32,000 nucleotides of DNA from Thermoanaerobaculia bacterium (lineage in GTDB: Bacteria > Acidobacteriota > Thermoanaerobaculia > UBA5066 > Gp7-AA6), in the NCBI GenBank assembly GCA_035569175.1, contig DATMNJ010000170.1, positions 1-32,000 on the forward strand, read 5' to 3'. Both the position numbers and the translations under genes were made by a program. The notes under the pieces were generated by a model. That model made no database searches and had not been told where the DNA came from. It saw nothing but the letters and a program-made list of their open reading frames with translations. The stretch's first letter is position 1, and each line of letters opens with the position of its first letter. Shown here one piece after another: positions 7,896 through 16,490 of this stretch.

Positions 7896-8825
7896 CTACG
7901 CGGCCTTCTGCTCCGGAGTCGCTTTCGACCCGTTCTTCTTTCTCGGCAGCACCTTGATCATCGCCTTCACGACCGAGGGCACGAGCATCGGGCGCAGCAA
8001 GCGAGGGTCGTAGAGCGAGAGGCGCTTGTTGTTTTCCTCGAGGCACGTCTCCAGGAAGGAGCGCAGGGAAAAGTCGCCGAACATCGAGTGGGACTTCAGC
8101 GTGAATCCGTCCTGGCTCGCGTCGCGGACGATCTCGTCCTTCTTCTCGCCTTCCGTTTCGGCATCCTCTTTCTTGCCGTCGCCGCCCGCCATCGCGAGCG
8201 CGCCCTTCAGCCGATCGAAGGCCTGCGCCGTGATGTTCCAGCCGCGCCACAGGTCGAAGCCCGGGCGAAGCAGGACCGGCCGGCGGGCCCGCAGATAGGC
8301 CGCCCAATTCACGATGAAGAGGATGTGGCGGGCCTCCTCCTGCATGATCTGGTCGAAGACGTCGGTCAGGGCTTTGGGAAAGAGCTCGGCCCGGACGCCG
8401 AGGCGAAAGAGGCCAAAGGCAAAGAACGAGTCGAGGCACTCCCCGTAGCCCGTCCGCAGGAAGGCCAGGGTCGGGTCTTTCGGGACCTCCGGGGGCGGAA
8501 ACGGGGCCACCGGGATCCCGTAGTGCTTCGTCAGGAGCATCAGGACCTCGGCGTGACGGCCCTCCTCGTAGCCCTGGAGGCTGATCGCCTCGGCCAAGAG
8601 GGGGTCCTTCTCGGTGTCCCCGAGCGACTGGACCTTCACGGCGGTCGCCGCTTCGGTCCGCGTGGCCTCGTTCCAGACGGGCATGGCCTTCAACCGCGCC
8701 AGCCCCTCGGCGTCGAGGTCAGGCCACCTGATTTCGGTCGGTTTGAACGGATCGTGGGTGTCGATGAAGGTCCGGCAGAGCAGTTTCTTGTGCTCCTCGG
8801 AGCCGAGGATAAGCGTATTTGACAT
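7896..8825 (-). CDS. Ferritin-like diiron-carboxylate protein (two EExRH motifs), function unknown
   Basis: Start is ATG 8825 (MSNTLILGSEEHKK). The longer track start 8933 would overlap dxs. A four-helix-bundle ligand pattern is present: TRTEAAT, QGYEEGRHAEV, GYGECLDS, IMQEEARHILF. It has a Lys/Glu-rich low-complexity insert (GGDGKKEDAETEGEKKDE) and a basic C-terminus. It is convergent with sqs across a 15-nt gap. Confidence 0.75.
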   Translation of the reverse strand: MSNTLILGSEEHKKLLCRTFIDTHDPFKPTEIRWPDLDAEGLARLKAMPVWNEATRTEAATAVKVQSLGDTEKDPLLAEAISLQGYEEGRHAEVLMLLTKHYGIPVAPFPPPEVPKDPTLAFLRTGYGECLDSFFAFGLFRLGVRAELFPKALTDVFDQIMQEEARHILFIVNWAAYLRARRPVLLRPGFDLWRGWNITAQAFDRLKGALAMAGGDGKKEDAETEGEKKDEIVRDASQDGFTLKSHSMFGDFSLRSFLETCLEENNKRLSLYDPRLLRPMLVPSVVKAMIKVLPRKKNGSKATPEQKAA

Positions 8826-8879
8826 AGGAAGTTGTAGAGTATCATGCGCGTTTCTCGCGAACGGGGGGTTAGGACGAGC
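8826..8879. promoter_or_regulatory. 54-nt divergent intergenic region between the diiron gene and dxs (must hold at least one promoter)
   Basis: This is the only non-coding DNA upstream of the long dxs operon. It contains the local AT-rich patch GTTGTAGAGTATCAT, with a -10-like TATCAT at 8840-8845, and an SD-like GGGGGGTTAGGA before the dxs ATG. No -35 element could be paired with confidence. Confidence 0.25.
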
Positions 8880-10826
8880 ATGCCGATCCTGAATCGGATC
8901 GAAGGCCCACGGGATCTCAAGGGCCTCACACACGAGCAGTTAGCCGAGGTGGCGCAGGAGTGCCGGGACGTGATCATTCAGACGATCACGAAGACCGGCG
9001 GCCACCTCGCGTCCAACCTCGGAGTGGTCGAGCTGACGCTTGCGCTCCACCGCGCCTTCGACAGCCCGAAGGACAAGCTCGTGTGGGACACGTCCAACCA
9101 GTGCTACACCCACAAGCTCGTGACCGGCCGGCGGGACGCCTTCCCGACGATTCGGACCCCGGGCGGCCTGTCCGGATTCGCCGAGCCGAGCGAGAGCGCC
9201 CACGACACCCTCGCCGCCGGCCACGCCGGGACCGGCCTCTCGTACGGCCTCGGGATGTCGATCGCGACCCAGGGCGAGCCGGACGACCCCTACGTCGTCG
9301 TCATCGTGGGCGACGGCTCCATGACCTCGGGACCGAGCTACGAGGCCCTGAACAACATCGTCCACGTCAAGCCCAAGCGGTTGATCGTCATCCTGAACGA
9401 CAACGGCTGGTCGATCTCCGAGAACGTCGGCTGGCTGGCCCACTGGCGCAACCGCTTCGAGCTGCACCCGACCTACCAGAAGTTCATCGAGGCCGGCCAC
9501 AGCTTCTTCAAGCGCCTGCCCAAGGGGGACAAGGCGTGGGAACTGGCCCGCAAGGTCAAGAGCTCGGTGGAAGGCCTCTTCTTTCCGAACCTGATCTGGG
9601 ACGAACTCGGCTTCCACTACGTCGGCCCGGTCAACGGCCACGACTACCGCGAGCTCGAGGAAGCCCTGGCCCGCGCCCGCGACGTCTCGAAGGACGGCAC
9701 GCCGGTCGTCATCCACGCGCTGACCCACAAGGGACGCGGGTTCCAGCAGGCCGAGCAGAACCCCTCCAAGTTCCACCAGCCCGGAACGCCCACGGGCGCC
9801 GGCGGGGCCGGCGTGCGGCTGACGTACTCGCAGGTCTTCGCGAAGACCCTGATCACGATGATGCGCAAGGACCCCAAGATCGTGGCGATCTCGGCCGCGA
9901 TGCTCGAGGGCACGGGCCTGGTCGAGGTCAAGAAGGAGTTTCCCGACCGCGTGTACGACGTCGGCATCGCCGAGGAGCACGCCGTGATCATGGCGGGCGG
10001 CATGGCCAAGGCAGGCTGGAAGCCCGTCGTCTCGATCTACTCGACCTTCCTGCAGCGCGCCTTCGATCAGCTCGTCCACGACGTCGCACTCCAGGACTTC
10101 GGCGTGACGATCTGCATCGACCGGGCGGGCCTGGTCGGCGACGACGGCAAGACGCACCAGGGCGTCTTCGACATTTCCTACACCCGCGTCATTCCCAACA
10201 TGACCGTCGCCGCGCCCAAGGACGAGAACGAGTTGCAGCACATGCTGGCGACCGCGATCAACGGCGGGCGCCCCTTCGCGCTGCGCTATCCCCGCGGCCT
10301 CGCCCTCGGCGTCGAGCTCGATGCGACGCTCGAGCCCATCCCGGTCGGACGCGGCGAGATCGTCCGCGAGGGCCGCGACCTCACGCTCTTCGCCTACGGC
10401 TCGATGGTCGCGGTCGGCCTGCAGGCGGCCGAGGAGCTCGAGAAACGCGGCATCTCCTGCGGCGTCGCCAACGCCCGCTTCGCCAAGCCCCTCGACATGG
10501 AGCTGCTGCGGCGGATCGTCGCCGCGACCCCGCGGATCCTGACCCTCGAGGAGCACCTCGAGATCGGCGGCTTCGGCGCCGGCGTGCTCGAGGCCTTCCA
10601 TGACGCGGGCCTGCCGACCGAGGGTCTGCGGGTCCACGCGATCGCCGACCAGTTCATCGATCACAGCCCGCAGCTCCAGCAGCGGCACAACCTGAAGCTC
10701 GACGTCGAGGGTGTGGTCGAGAAGATCCTCGCCACCTACCCGGACCTCGTCCGCTCGACCCCGAAGGCTCCGGCCTCGGAGGGCTCGCGGCCGGAAAAGA
10801 AGTTCGCGGAGACCGTGACCTGGTGA
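8880..10826 (+). CDS. dxs: 1-deoxy-D-xylulose-5-phosphate synthase
   Basis: MPILNRIEGPRDLKGLTHEQLAEVAQECR is a typical Dxs N-terminus. GGHLASNLGVVELT is present, as is the ThDP motif VIVGDGSMTSG..ILNDNGWSIS. 648 aa. Confidence 0.97.
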   Translation: MPILNRIEGPRDLKGLTHEQLAEVAQECRDVIIQTITKTGGHLASNLGVVELTLALHRAFDSPKDKLVWDTSNQCYTHKLVTGRRDAFPTIRTPGGLSGFAEPSESAHDTLAAGHAGTGLSYGLGMSIATQGEPDDPYVVVIVGDGSMTSGPSYEALNNIVHVKPKRLIVILNDNGWSISENVGWLAHWRNRFELHPTYQKFIEAGHSFFKRLPKGDKAWELARKVKSSVEGLFFPNLIWDELGFHYVGPVNGHDYRELEEALARARDVSKDGTPVVIHALTHKGRGFQQAEQNPSKFHQPGTPTGAGGAGVRLTYSQVFAKTLITMMRKDPKIVAISAAMLEGTGLVEVKKEFPDRVYDVGIAEEHAVIMAGGMAKAGWKPVVSIYSTFLQRAFDQLVHDVALQDFGVTICIDRAGLVGDDGKTHQGVFDISYTRVIPNMTVAAPKDENELQHMLATAINGGRPFALRYPRGLALGVELDATLEPIPVGRGEIVREGRDLTLFAYGSMVAVGLQAAEELEKRGISCGVANARFAKPLDMELLRRIVAATPRILTLEEHLEIGGFGAGVLEAFHDAGLPTEGLRVHAIADQFIDHSPQLQQRHNLKLDVEGVVEKILATYPDLVRSTPKAPASEGSRPEKKFAETVTW

Positions 10827-11806
10827 CGGCGGAACACGATTTCTCGGGGATCCAGGTCGAGAAGCTCCTCGTCGCCGGTCTGAGGGGCTTCTGCGCCGGC
10901 GTGGTGCGCGCGATCGACGTCGTCGAGAAGGCGCTCGAGGTCGTAGACGGGCCCGTGTACGTCCGCAAGGAGATCATCCACAACCGCTACGTCGTGGACG
11001 AGCTGCGCGAGAAGGGCGCCCGTTTCGTCGAAGAAGTGGACGAGGTCCCCGACGACGCGGCGCTCATCTTCTCGGCCCACGGCATCGCGCCCGCCGTCCG
11101 CGAGATGGCCACGCAGAAGAACCTCCGCACGATCGACGCGACCTGCCCGCTCGTGACCAAGGTGCATCTGGAGGCGATCCACTACGCCCGCCAGGGCTAC
11201 ACGATCATCCTCGTCGGCCACCACGACCACGACGAGACCGTCGGCACGCTCGGCGAGTCGCCCGAGGCGATCCGCCTCGTCGAGACGCGGGAAGACGCCG
11301 AGAAGGTCACCGTTCCCGATCCGGACCGGGTCGCGTACCTGACGCAGACGACCCTCTCGATCGACGACACGCGCGACATCCTGGCCGTCCTGAAGCGGCG
11401 CTTTCCCAACCTGAAAGCGCCCTCGAAGCAGGACATCTGCTACGCCACGCAGAACCGGCAGGACGCCGTCAAGGCCATGGCGCCGCACGTGGACATGCTG
11501 CTCGTGCTCGGTGCGCCCAACAGCTCCAACTCCCTGCGCATGTGCGAGGTCGCCCGGGCCAACGGCGTCCCGTCGCAGCTGATCGAGCGCGCCAAGGACA
11601 TCCGTCCGGAGTGGCTGCGCGGCGTGCGGGTGCTCGGCCTGACGGCCAGCGCCTCCGCCCCGGAGATCCTGGTGCAGGAGGTCGTCTCGTTCGCCCGCGA
11701 GCGCCTCGGCGTCCGGGTCGTGGATGAGTTCGAAACGGTCAAGGAGGACGTCTCCTTCCCGTTGCCCCAGGAGCTCAAGGCGCTCCTGCCCGTCAGGGTT
11801 TCTTAA
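10823..11806 (+). CDS. ispH: 4-hydroxy-3-methylbut-2-enyl diphosphate reductase
   Basis: The GTG start overlaps the dxs stop (GTGA). Three Fe-S Cys contexts are present: GFCAGVVRAI, DATCPLVTKVH and DICYATQNRQ. 327 aa. Confidence 0.95.
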   Translation: MTAEHDFSGIQVEKLLVAGLRGFCAGVVRAIDVVEKALEVVDGPVYVRKEIIHNRYVVDELREKGARFVEEVDEVPDDAALIFSAHGIAPAVREMATQKNLRTIDATCPLVTKVHLEAIHYARQGYTIILVGHHDHDETVGTLGESPEAIRLVETREDAEKVTVPDPDRVAYLTQTTLSIDDTRDILAVLKRRFPNLKAPSKQDICYATQNRQDAVKAMAPHVDMLLVLGAPNSSNSLRMCEVARANGVPSQLIERAKDIRPEWLRGVRVLGLTASASAPEILVQEVVSFARERLGVRVVDEFETVKEDVSFPLPQELKALLPVRVS

Positions 11807-11828
11807 GCCACCAGCCGTCGGAGTCCAC

Positions 11829-12926
11829 ATGAGTCCCCCGGGCGCGCCTGCCGCGACCGCTCCCTCATCGCACGAGCCGACCCCGCCGCGCGGAAACGCC
11901 GGGCAAGCCCGCCGGCGCGGCCTGCGCATCGGCCTCTTCGTCGCCGGGCTCGCGGTCCTCGGCGCGATCCTCGCCACGGTGGGCTGGAAATCGGTCGCGA
12001 CGAACCTCGGCCTCATCGGCGGCTGGTTCTTCGGTCTCGTCGCCCTGTACGCCGCCGCGCAGGCCGCGTTCGCGATGGGCTGGTGGGTCCTGACGGGGCC
12101 GCCGCCCCGGCCGGTCTCCTTCGGCGCGCTCTTCTCGGCGTACCTCGCCGGCGACTCGATCAACTACTTCACGAGTGTCGCGGGCGAGCCCATCAAGGCG
12201 CAGCTGCTGCGAAAAGAGCTCGGCTTCTCCCACGGCCTGGCGACCGTCACGGTGCACCGCCACGCCGACGTCCTCGCCCAGTGGATCTTCCTCGCCACCG
12301 GCGTCGCCGTCGCGCTCTGGCGCTTCGACCTCCCGACCGTGGCGCGCGCCGCCGTCATCGCGAGCCTGCTCGTCCTCGGAGTTCTCGTCTTCGCGATGAC
12401 CTGGGGTCTGCGCCGCGGCGCCTTCCGCCCCATGATCGCGTGGCTCGGCCGCTTCCGGATCCTCGCCCGGCGCATGGGACGCCTCGAGCACGAAGCCGCG
12501 CGCCTGGATGCAAGGATCGGCGAGTTCTACCGCGACAAGAGCGTCCACTTCGGCTGGGCGGTGACGTGGTGCTTCGTCGGGTGGTGCGGCGGCCTCGTCG
12601 AAACCTACCTCGTTCTGAGGCTGCTCTCGCCCGCGCACGACTGGTCCACGGCGATCGCGATCGAGTCGCTCGCGATGGTCCTGAACAACATCCTGCTCTT
12701 CATTCCGGGCCGCGTCGGAAGCGCCGAGGGCGTCCGCATCGGTGTGTACGCGCTCGTGGGCCTGTCCGCGGCGCAGGGCACGGCGTACGCGCTCGTGCGG
12801 CGCGGCCGCGAGCTGCTGTGGCTCGTGCCAGGATTCGTCGTGCTGCTGCGGCGCCACGTGCTCGGTCCCGGCCACATGCACCTGCCCGAGGTCGAGGCGG
12901 ACCTGCCGCAGGAGGTCGGCCGATGA
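11829..12926 (+). CDS. UPF0104 / lysyl-PG-synthase-TM-like polytopic membrane protein (HpnL-like, flippase-like)
   Basis: ATG 11829 has GGAG 7 nt upstream and lies 22 nt after ispH. A Pro/Ala-rich N-terminus and RRRGLRIG lead into about 8 hydrophobic helices (IGLFVAGLAVLGAILATVGW.., ..GDSINYFTSVAGEPIKAQLL..) typical of the UPF0104 family, to which HpnL belongs. Family call is by pattern only. Confidence 0.7.
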   Translation: MSPPGAPAATAPSSHEPTPPRGNAGQARRRGLRIGLFVAGLAVLGAILATVGWKSVATNLGLIGGWFFGLVALYAAAQAAFAMGWWVLTGPPPRPVSFGALFSAYLAGDSINYFTSVAGEPIKAQLLRKELGFSHGLATVTVHRHADVLAQWIFLATGVAVALWRFDLPTVARAAVIASLLVLGVLVFAMTWGLRRGAFRPMIAWLGRFRILARRMGRLEHEAARLDARIGEFYRDKSVHFGWAVTWCFVGWCGGLVETYLVLRLLSPAHDWSTAIAIESLAMVLNNILLFIPGRVGSAEGVRIGVYALVGLSAAQGTAYALVRRGRELLWLVPGFVVLLRRHVLGPGHMHLPEVEADLPQEVGR

Positions 12927-13591
12927 CGGCGCCCGAGGCGATCCTGTTCGACTTCGGCGGCACGCTCGACGCCGACGGCGTGGCGTGGAAGGACCGTTTC
13001 GCGGCGCTCGTTCGCGCCGAAGCCCCCGCCCTAGCCGGCGACGGGTTCGACCGCGCCTTCTACGCCGCGGACGACGCGCTGATCGGAACGATCCCGGCCG
13101 ACCTATCCTTTCGCGAGACCGTCGAGCGGCTCGCGGCCGGACTCGCGCGCGAGCTCGGCGCCCCGCCGGAGCTGGCGACCCGCGTCGCGTCGCGCTTTCT
13201 CGCGGATTCGCTCGAACGGCTGGCCGGCAGCGCCGCGCTGCTGGACCGCCTGTCGCCGCGGTACCGGCTCGGCATCGTCTCGAACTTCTACGGCAACCTC
13301 GGCGCCGTCTGCGTCTCGACCGGGATCGCACGCCACCTCGGCGCGACGATCGACTCGGCCGCCGTGGGCTTCGAGAAGCCGGACCCGCGCATCTTCCAGG
13401 CGGCCCTCGATGCGCTCGCGGTCTCCGCGGACCGGGCCGTGTTCGTCGGCGATTCGCTGCCGCGCGACATGGCCGGAGCTCGCGCGATGGGAATGCGGCA
13501 CGTCTACTTGAAGCCCGGCGCCGATGCGGCGTGCTGCCCGGACGACGCCGTGATCGCGAGACTCGACCGGCTTCCCGGGGCCCTCCCGTGA
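12923..13591 (+). CDS. HAD-superfamily hydrolase (subfamily IA-like) with atypical motif I
   Basis: ATGA overlap with the upstream gene, AGGAGG upstream. HAD motifs: I ILFDFGGTLD, II LGIVSNF, III GFEKPDPRIF, IV VFVGDSLPRDMAGA. Position Asp+2 of motif I is Gly. Confidence 0.85.
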   Translation: MTAPEAILFDFGGTLDADGVAWKDRFAALVRAEAPALAGDGFDRAFYAADDALIGTIPADLSFRETVERLAAGLARELGAPPELATRVASRFLADSLERLAGSAALLDRLSPRYRLGIVSNFYGNLGAVCVSTGIARHLGATIDSAAVGFEKPDPRIFQAALDALAVSADRAVFVGDSLPRDMAGARAMGMRHVYLKPGADAACCPDDAVIARLDRLPGALP

Positions 13592-14292
13592 GCGCCCTGG
13601 TCTCCGGCGCCGTCATCGCCGCGGGCGAGGGCTCCCGCCTCAAGCAGCTCGGCGTCGCCAAACCCATGATCGAGGTCGCCGGCGTGCCGCTGATCGCGCA
13701 CGTCCTCGGCAACTTCGAGGCCGCCGGGATCCTCTCGGCCGCGGTCATCTTCAACGAGGCCGAGAAGGACTGCGCCGCGTTCGTGCGCGAGCGCTTCGAC
13801 AAGCTCGTCTCGAAGATCGTCGTGAAGACGACGCGCTCGTCGCTCGAGAGCTTCCGCGAGATCCTGGCCGCCGCGCCGCCGGGTCGCCTGCTCGTCTCGA
13901 CGGTCGACGCCTTTTGCCCGCGCAGGGAGTTCCTGCGCTTCGTCCGCAGGGCCGAGCAACTGCCCTCGCACACGACCGTTCTCGCCGTGACCGGCTACGT
14001 TCACGACGAGAAGCCGCTCTGGGTCACGACGACCCGCTCGGGCCGGGTGACCGTCGTCGGGGGCGCCTCGGGAGACGCCGTGACGGCCGGGATCTACGTG
14101 TTCCCGGAAAAGGTTCGCCAGCTTGGCATCCCGCCGTCGCTCGGCCGCCTGCGCGACTTCCTCGGCTGGCTCGCCAAGTCCGGCGAGCCGATCGAAGCGG
14201 TGGACATTCCCAAGGTCGTCGACGTGGACCGCGCCGAGGACCTCGCCGAGGCCGAGCAGCTCGCCGCGGCCGCCGCCGGGAGGACACGATGA
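13588..14292 (+). CDS. Sugar/inositol-phosphate nucleotidyltransferase (NTP-transferase fold; candidate CTP:inositol-1-phosphate cytidylyltransferase)
   Basis: GTGA overlap with the HAD gene. The N-terminal signature AVIAAGEGSRLKQLGVAKPMIEVAGVPLIAHVL matches the GxGxRL..KP..G.P pattern of GlmU/RmlA/IPCT-type enzymes. 234 aa. Confidence 0.8.
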   Translation: MSALVSGAVIAAGEGSRLKQLGVAKPMIEVAGVPLIAHVLGNFEAAGILSAAVIFNEAEKDCAAFVRERFDKLVSKIVVKTTRSSLESFREILAAAPPGRLLVSTVDAFCPRREFLRFVRRAEQLPSHTTVLAVTGYVHDEKPLWVTTTRSGRVTVVGGASGDAVTAGIYVFPEKVRQLGIPPSLGRLRDFLGWLAKSGEPIEAVDIPKVVDVDRAEDLAEAEQLAAAAAGRTR

Positions 14293-15140
14293 CCGAAAAG
14301 ACCAGCTGCTGGGGAGTCTACCGGGAGCTCGCCCACTCGCCCGGGCGCGAGACCGACGACGCCGAGATCCTCCGGGCGACCGCGCGCGAGCTCGAGAGTC
14401 TCGGCCTCACCGTGGCGTTGAGGTCGCCCGACGAGCTGCCCGAGGCCGGGGACTTCGACGCGGTGCCGCCGTACCTCTTCGTCATGTGCGAGCGCATTCC
14501 GGTCGTCGAGAAGCTCGCCGCGTGGGAGCGGCGCGGCGTGCGCATCGTCAATCGCCCCTCCGGGATCCGCAACACGGACCGCGAACGCACGCTGATGCTC
14601 TTCCAGAAGCACGGCGTGCCGTACCCGACGAGCGTCCTGGTCGAGACCGCCTCCGCACCCGCGTTTCCGGGACCGTGCTGGATCAAGCGTGGCGACGTGC
14701 ACGCGACCGAGGCCGGCGACGTCTCCTTCTCCGGCGACCCCGCCGCCCTCTCCAGCAACCTGGCGCGGCTGGCGGGCCGCGGCATCGCCACCGCGGTCGT
14801 CCAGGATCACGTGGCCGGCGACCTCATCAAGTTTTACGGCGTCGCCGGATGGAACGGCGAGGCCGACCGCCCCTCGTGGTTCCAGTGGTTCTACCACCGC
14901 GACCAGAAGCTCGAAAACCATGCCTTCGATCCCGATGCGCTCGCGCGCGCGACGGCGCAGGCCGCCTCCGCCCTCGGCCTCGAGGTCTTCGGCGGCGACG
15001 CGATCGTCTCGCCGGGAGGCCGGATCTCCGTCATCGATTTGAACGCGTGGCCGAGCTTCGCGCTCTTCCGGCCCGTCGCCGCCGCCCACATCGCCGCGCT
15101 GCTCGCCGCGCGGTTTTCCTCGACCGGAGTGACACGATGA
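14289..15140 (+). CDS. ATP-grasp fold enzyme (carboxylate-amine ligase or inositol-phosphate-kinase-like)
   Basis: ATGA overlap, GGGAGGA upstream. The layout is ATP-grasp-like: CWIKRGDVHATEAGDV, AVVQDHVAGDLIKFYGV, FGGDAIVSPGGRISVIDLNAWPSF (a D-x-N metal-ligand block). 283 aa. Substrate is not inferable. Confidence 0.6.
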   Translation: MTEKTSCWGVYRELAHSPGRETDDAEILRATARELESLGLTVALRSPDELPEAGDFDAVPPYLFVMCERIPVVEKLAAWERRGVRIVNRPSGIRNTDRERTLMLFQKHGVPYPTSVLVETASAPAFPGPCWIKRGDVHATEAGDVSFSGDPAALSSNLARLAGRGIATAVVQDHVAGDLIKFYGVAGWNGEADRPSWFQWFYHRDQKLENHAFDPDALARATAQAASALGLEVFGGDAIVSPGGRISVIDLNAWPSFALFRPVAAAHIAALLAARFSSTGVTR

Positions 15141-16477
15141 CCGAAGTGACGAAGAAACGCATCGAGGTCGGAGAGCGCTCGAAGGCCATCGCCGCCCTCG
15201 AGGCGCGCCACATGGCGCCCGGCCTCCAATCCTTCGCGCTCTATGCGGGCCTCGCGATGGCGCGGGGCGAGGGCAGCCGGATCTTCGACGAAGACGGCAA
15301 CGGCTACATCGATTTCATCGCCGGGATCGCCGTCGGCAGCGTCGGTCACTGCCACCCGCACTACGTGAAGGCGCTCCAGGAGCAGGCCGGCAAGCTCACC
15401 TTCGGCAGCTTCACGACGGAGGTCCGGGCGAAGTTCCTGAACCTCCTCGGCAGCGTGACGCCGGAGGGGCTCTCACGCGTCCAGCTCTTCTCGGGCGGCG
15501 CCGAGGCGGTCGAGGCGGCGTTTCGGCTCGCGAAGTCGGTCACGAAGAAGCACGAGTTCGTCGGCTACTCGGGAGCGTTCCACGGCAAGACCGGCGGCGT
15601 CCTGCCGCTGCTCTGGGGCGACTTCAAGAACGGCCTCGGGCCGTTCGTGCCGGGCACGTACTCGGCGCCCTACGCGTATTGCTACCGCTGTCCTCTGAAC
15701 CTGACCTATCCCGACTGCGGGATCGCGTGCGCCGAGAAGACGCGCGACGTCATCAAGAACCAGAGCGGCGGCGACATCGCCGCGATCATCGTCGAGCCGG
15801 TGCAGGGCACGGCCGGCAATGTCATCCCGCCGCCGGGATTCCTGCCCGCCGTGCGCGCGATCGCCAAGGACCACGGGGCCCTCTTCATCGCCGACGAGAT
15901 GATCACCGGCTTCGGCCGCACCGGCAAGTTCTGGGGCGTGGACCACGACGGCGTCGTCCCGGACGTGATGACGTGCGGCAAGGGCATCGGCGGCGGCTTC
16001 CCGCTCGCCGCGGTCGTCTCGACCGACGAGCTGACGAAGGCCAAACCCTTCGCCAACCCGTCCGGCAGCTCCTCCTCCTACGGCGGCAATCCCCTCGCGT
16101 CGGCCGCGGGCCTGGCGGCGCTCGAGATCATCATCGGCGAGAACCTCGTCGCCAATTCCGAGAAGGTCGGCGCCGCGATGCTCCGGCGCCTCCAGGCGAT
16201 GCAGGAAAAGCACCGCGTCATCGGCGACGTCCGCGGCAAGGGCCTGCTGCTCGGCATCGAGCTCGTCAAGGACCGCCACACGAAGGAGCTGGTCTCGAAG
16301 GACTTCACGAAAGCCCTCTTCCAGGAGTGCCTGCGGCGCGGCCTCGTCGCGATGGTCTATGCGCCGATCATCCGCTTGAATCCCCCCCTCAACATTTCCG
16401 AAGCCACGGCCCTCGAAGGCCTGGAGATCCTGGACGAGGCCCTCGGCGCGGTGGCCGGGGAATGGAAGCTGGCGTGA
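15137..16477 (+). CDS. Class-III PLP-dependent aminotransferase (omega/ornithine/GABA type; HpnO-like or inosose aminotransferase candidate)
   Basis: ATGA overlap, GGAG upstream. Motifs: DEDGNGYIDFIAGIAVGSVGHCHP, FSGGAEAVEAA, IVEPVQGTAGNVIPP, FIADEMITGFGRTGKFW, the PLP lysine in MTCGKGIGGG, and SSYGGNPLA. 446 aa. Confidence 0.92.
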   Translation: MTEVTKKRIEVGERSKAIAALEARHMAPGLQSFALYAGLAMARGEGSRIFDEDGNGYIDFIAGIAVGSVGHCHPHYVKALQEQAGKLTFGSFTTEVRAKFLNLLGSVTPEGLSRVQLFSGGAEAVEAAFRLAKSVTKKHEFVGYSGAFHGKTGGVLPLLWGDFKNGLGPFVPGTYSAPYAYCYRCPLNLTYPDCGIACAEKTRDVIKNQSGGDIAAIIVEPVQGTAGNVIPPPGFLPAVRAIAKDHGALFIADEMITGFGRTGKFWGVDHDGVVPDVMTCGKGIGGGFPLAAVVSTDELTKAKPFANPSGSSSSYGGNPLASAAGLAALEIIIGENLVANSEKVGAAMLRRLQAMQEKHRVIGDVRGKGLLLGIELVKDRHTKELVSKDFTKALFQECLRRGLVAMVYAPIIRLNPPLNISEATALEGLEILDEALGAVAGEWKLA

Positions 16478-16490
16478 GAGAGGCCGCCGC

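Noticed and set aside
8826-8933. Longer starts for the diiron gene (8933) and for dxs (8844), which would make the two genes overlap head-to-head
   Set aside because: The extra residues (MCEALEIPWAFDP.. and MRVSRERGVRTS) lack homology to either family. ATG 8825 and ATG 8880 give family-typical N-termini and leave a 54-nt promoter region.
11865-13973. 702-aa minus-strand ORF across the HpnL-like, HAD and nucleotidyltransferase genes
   Set aside because: It is Arg/Pro/Ala-rich junk antisense to three motif-bearing, SD-preceded, translationally coupled genes.
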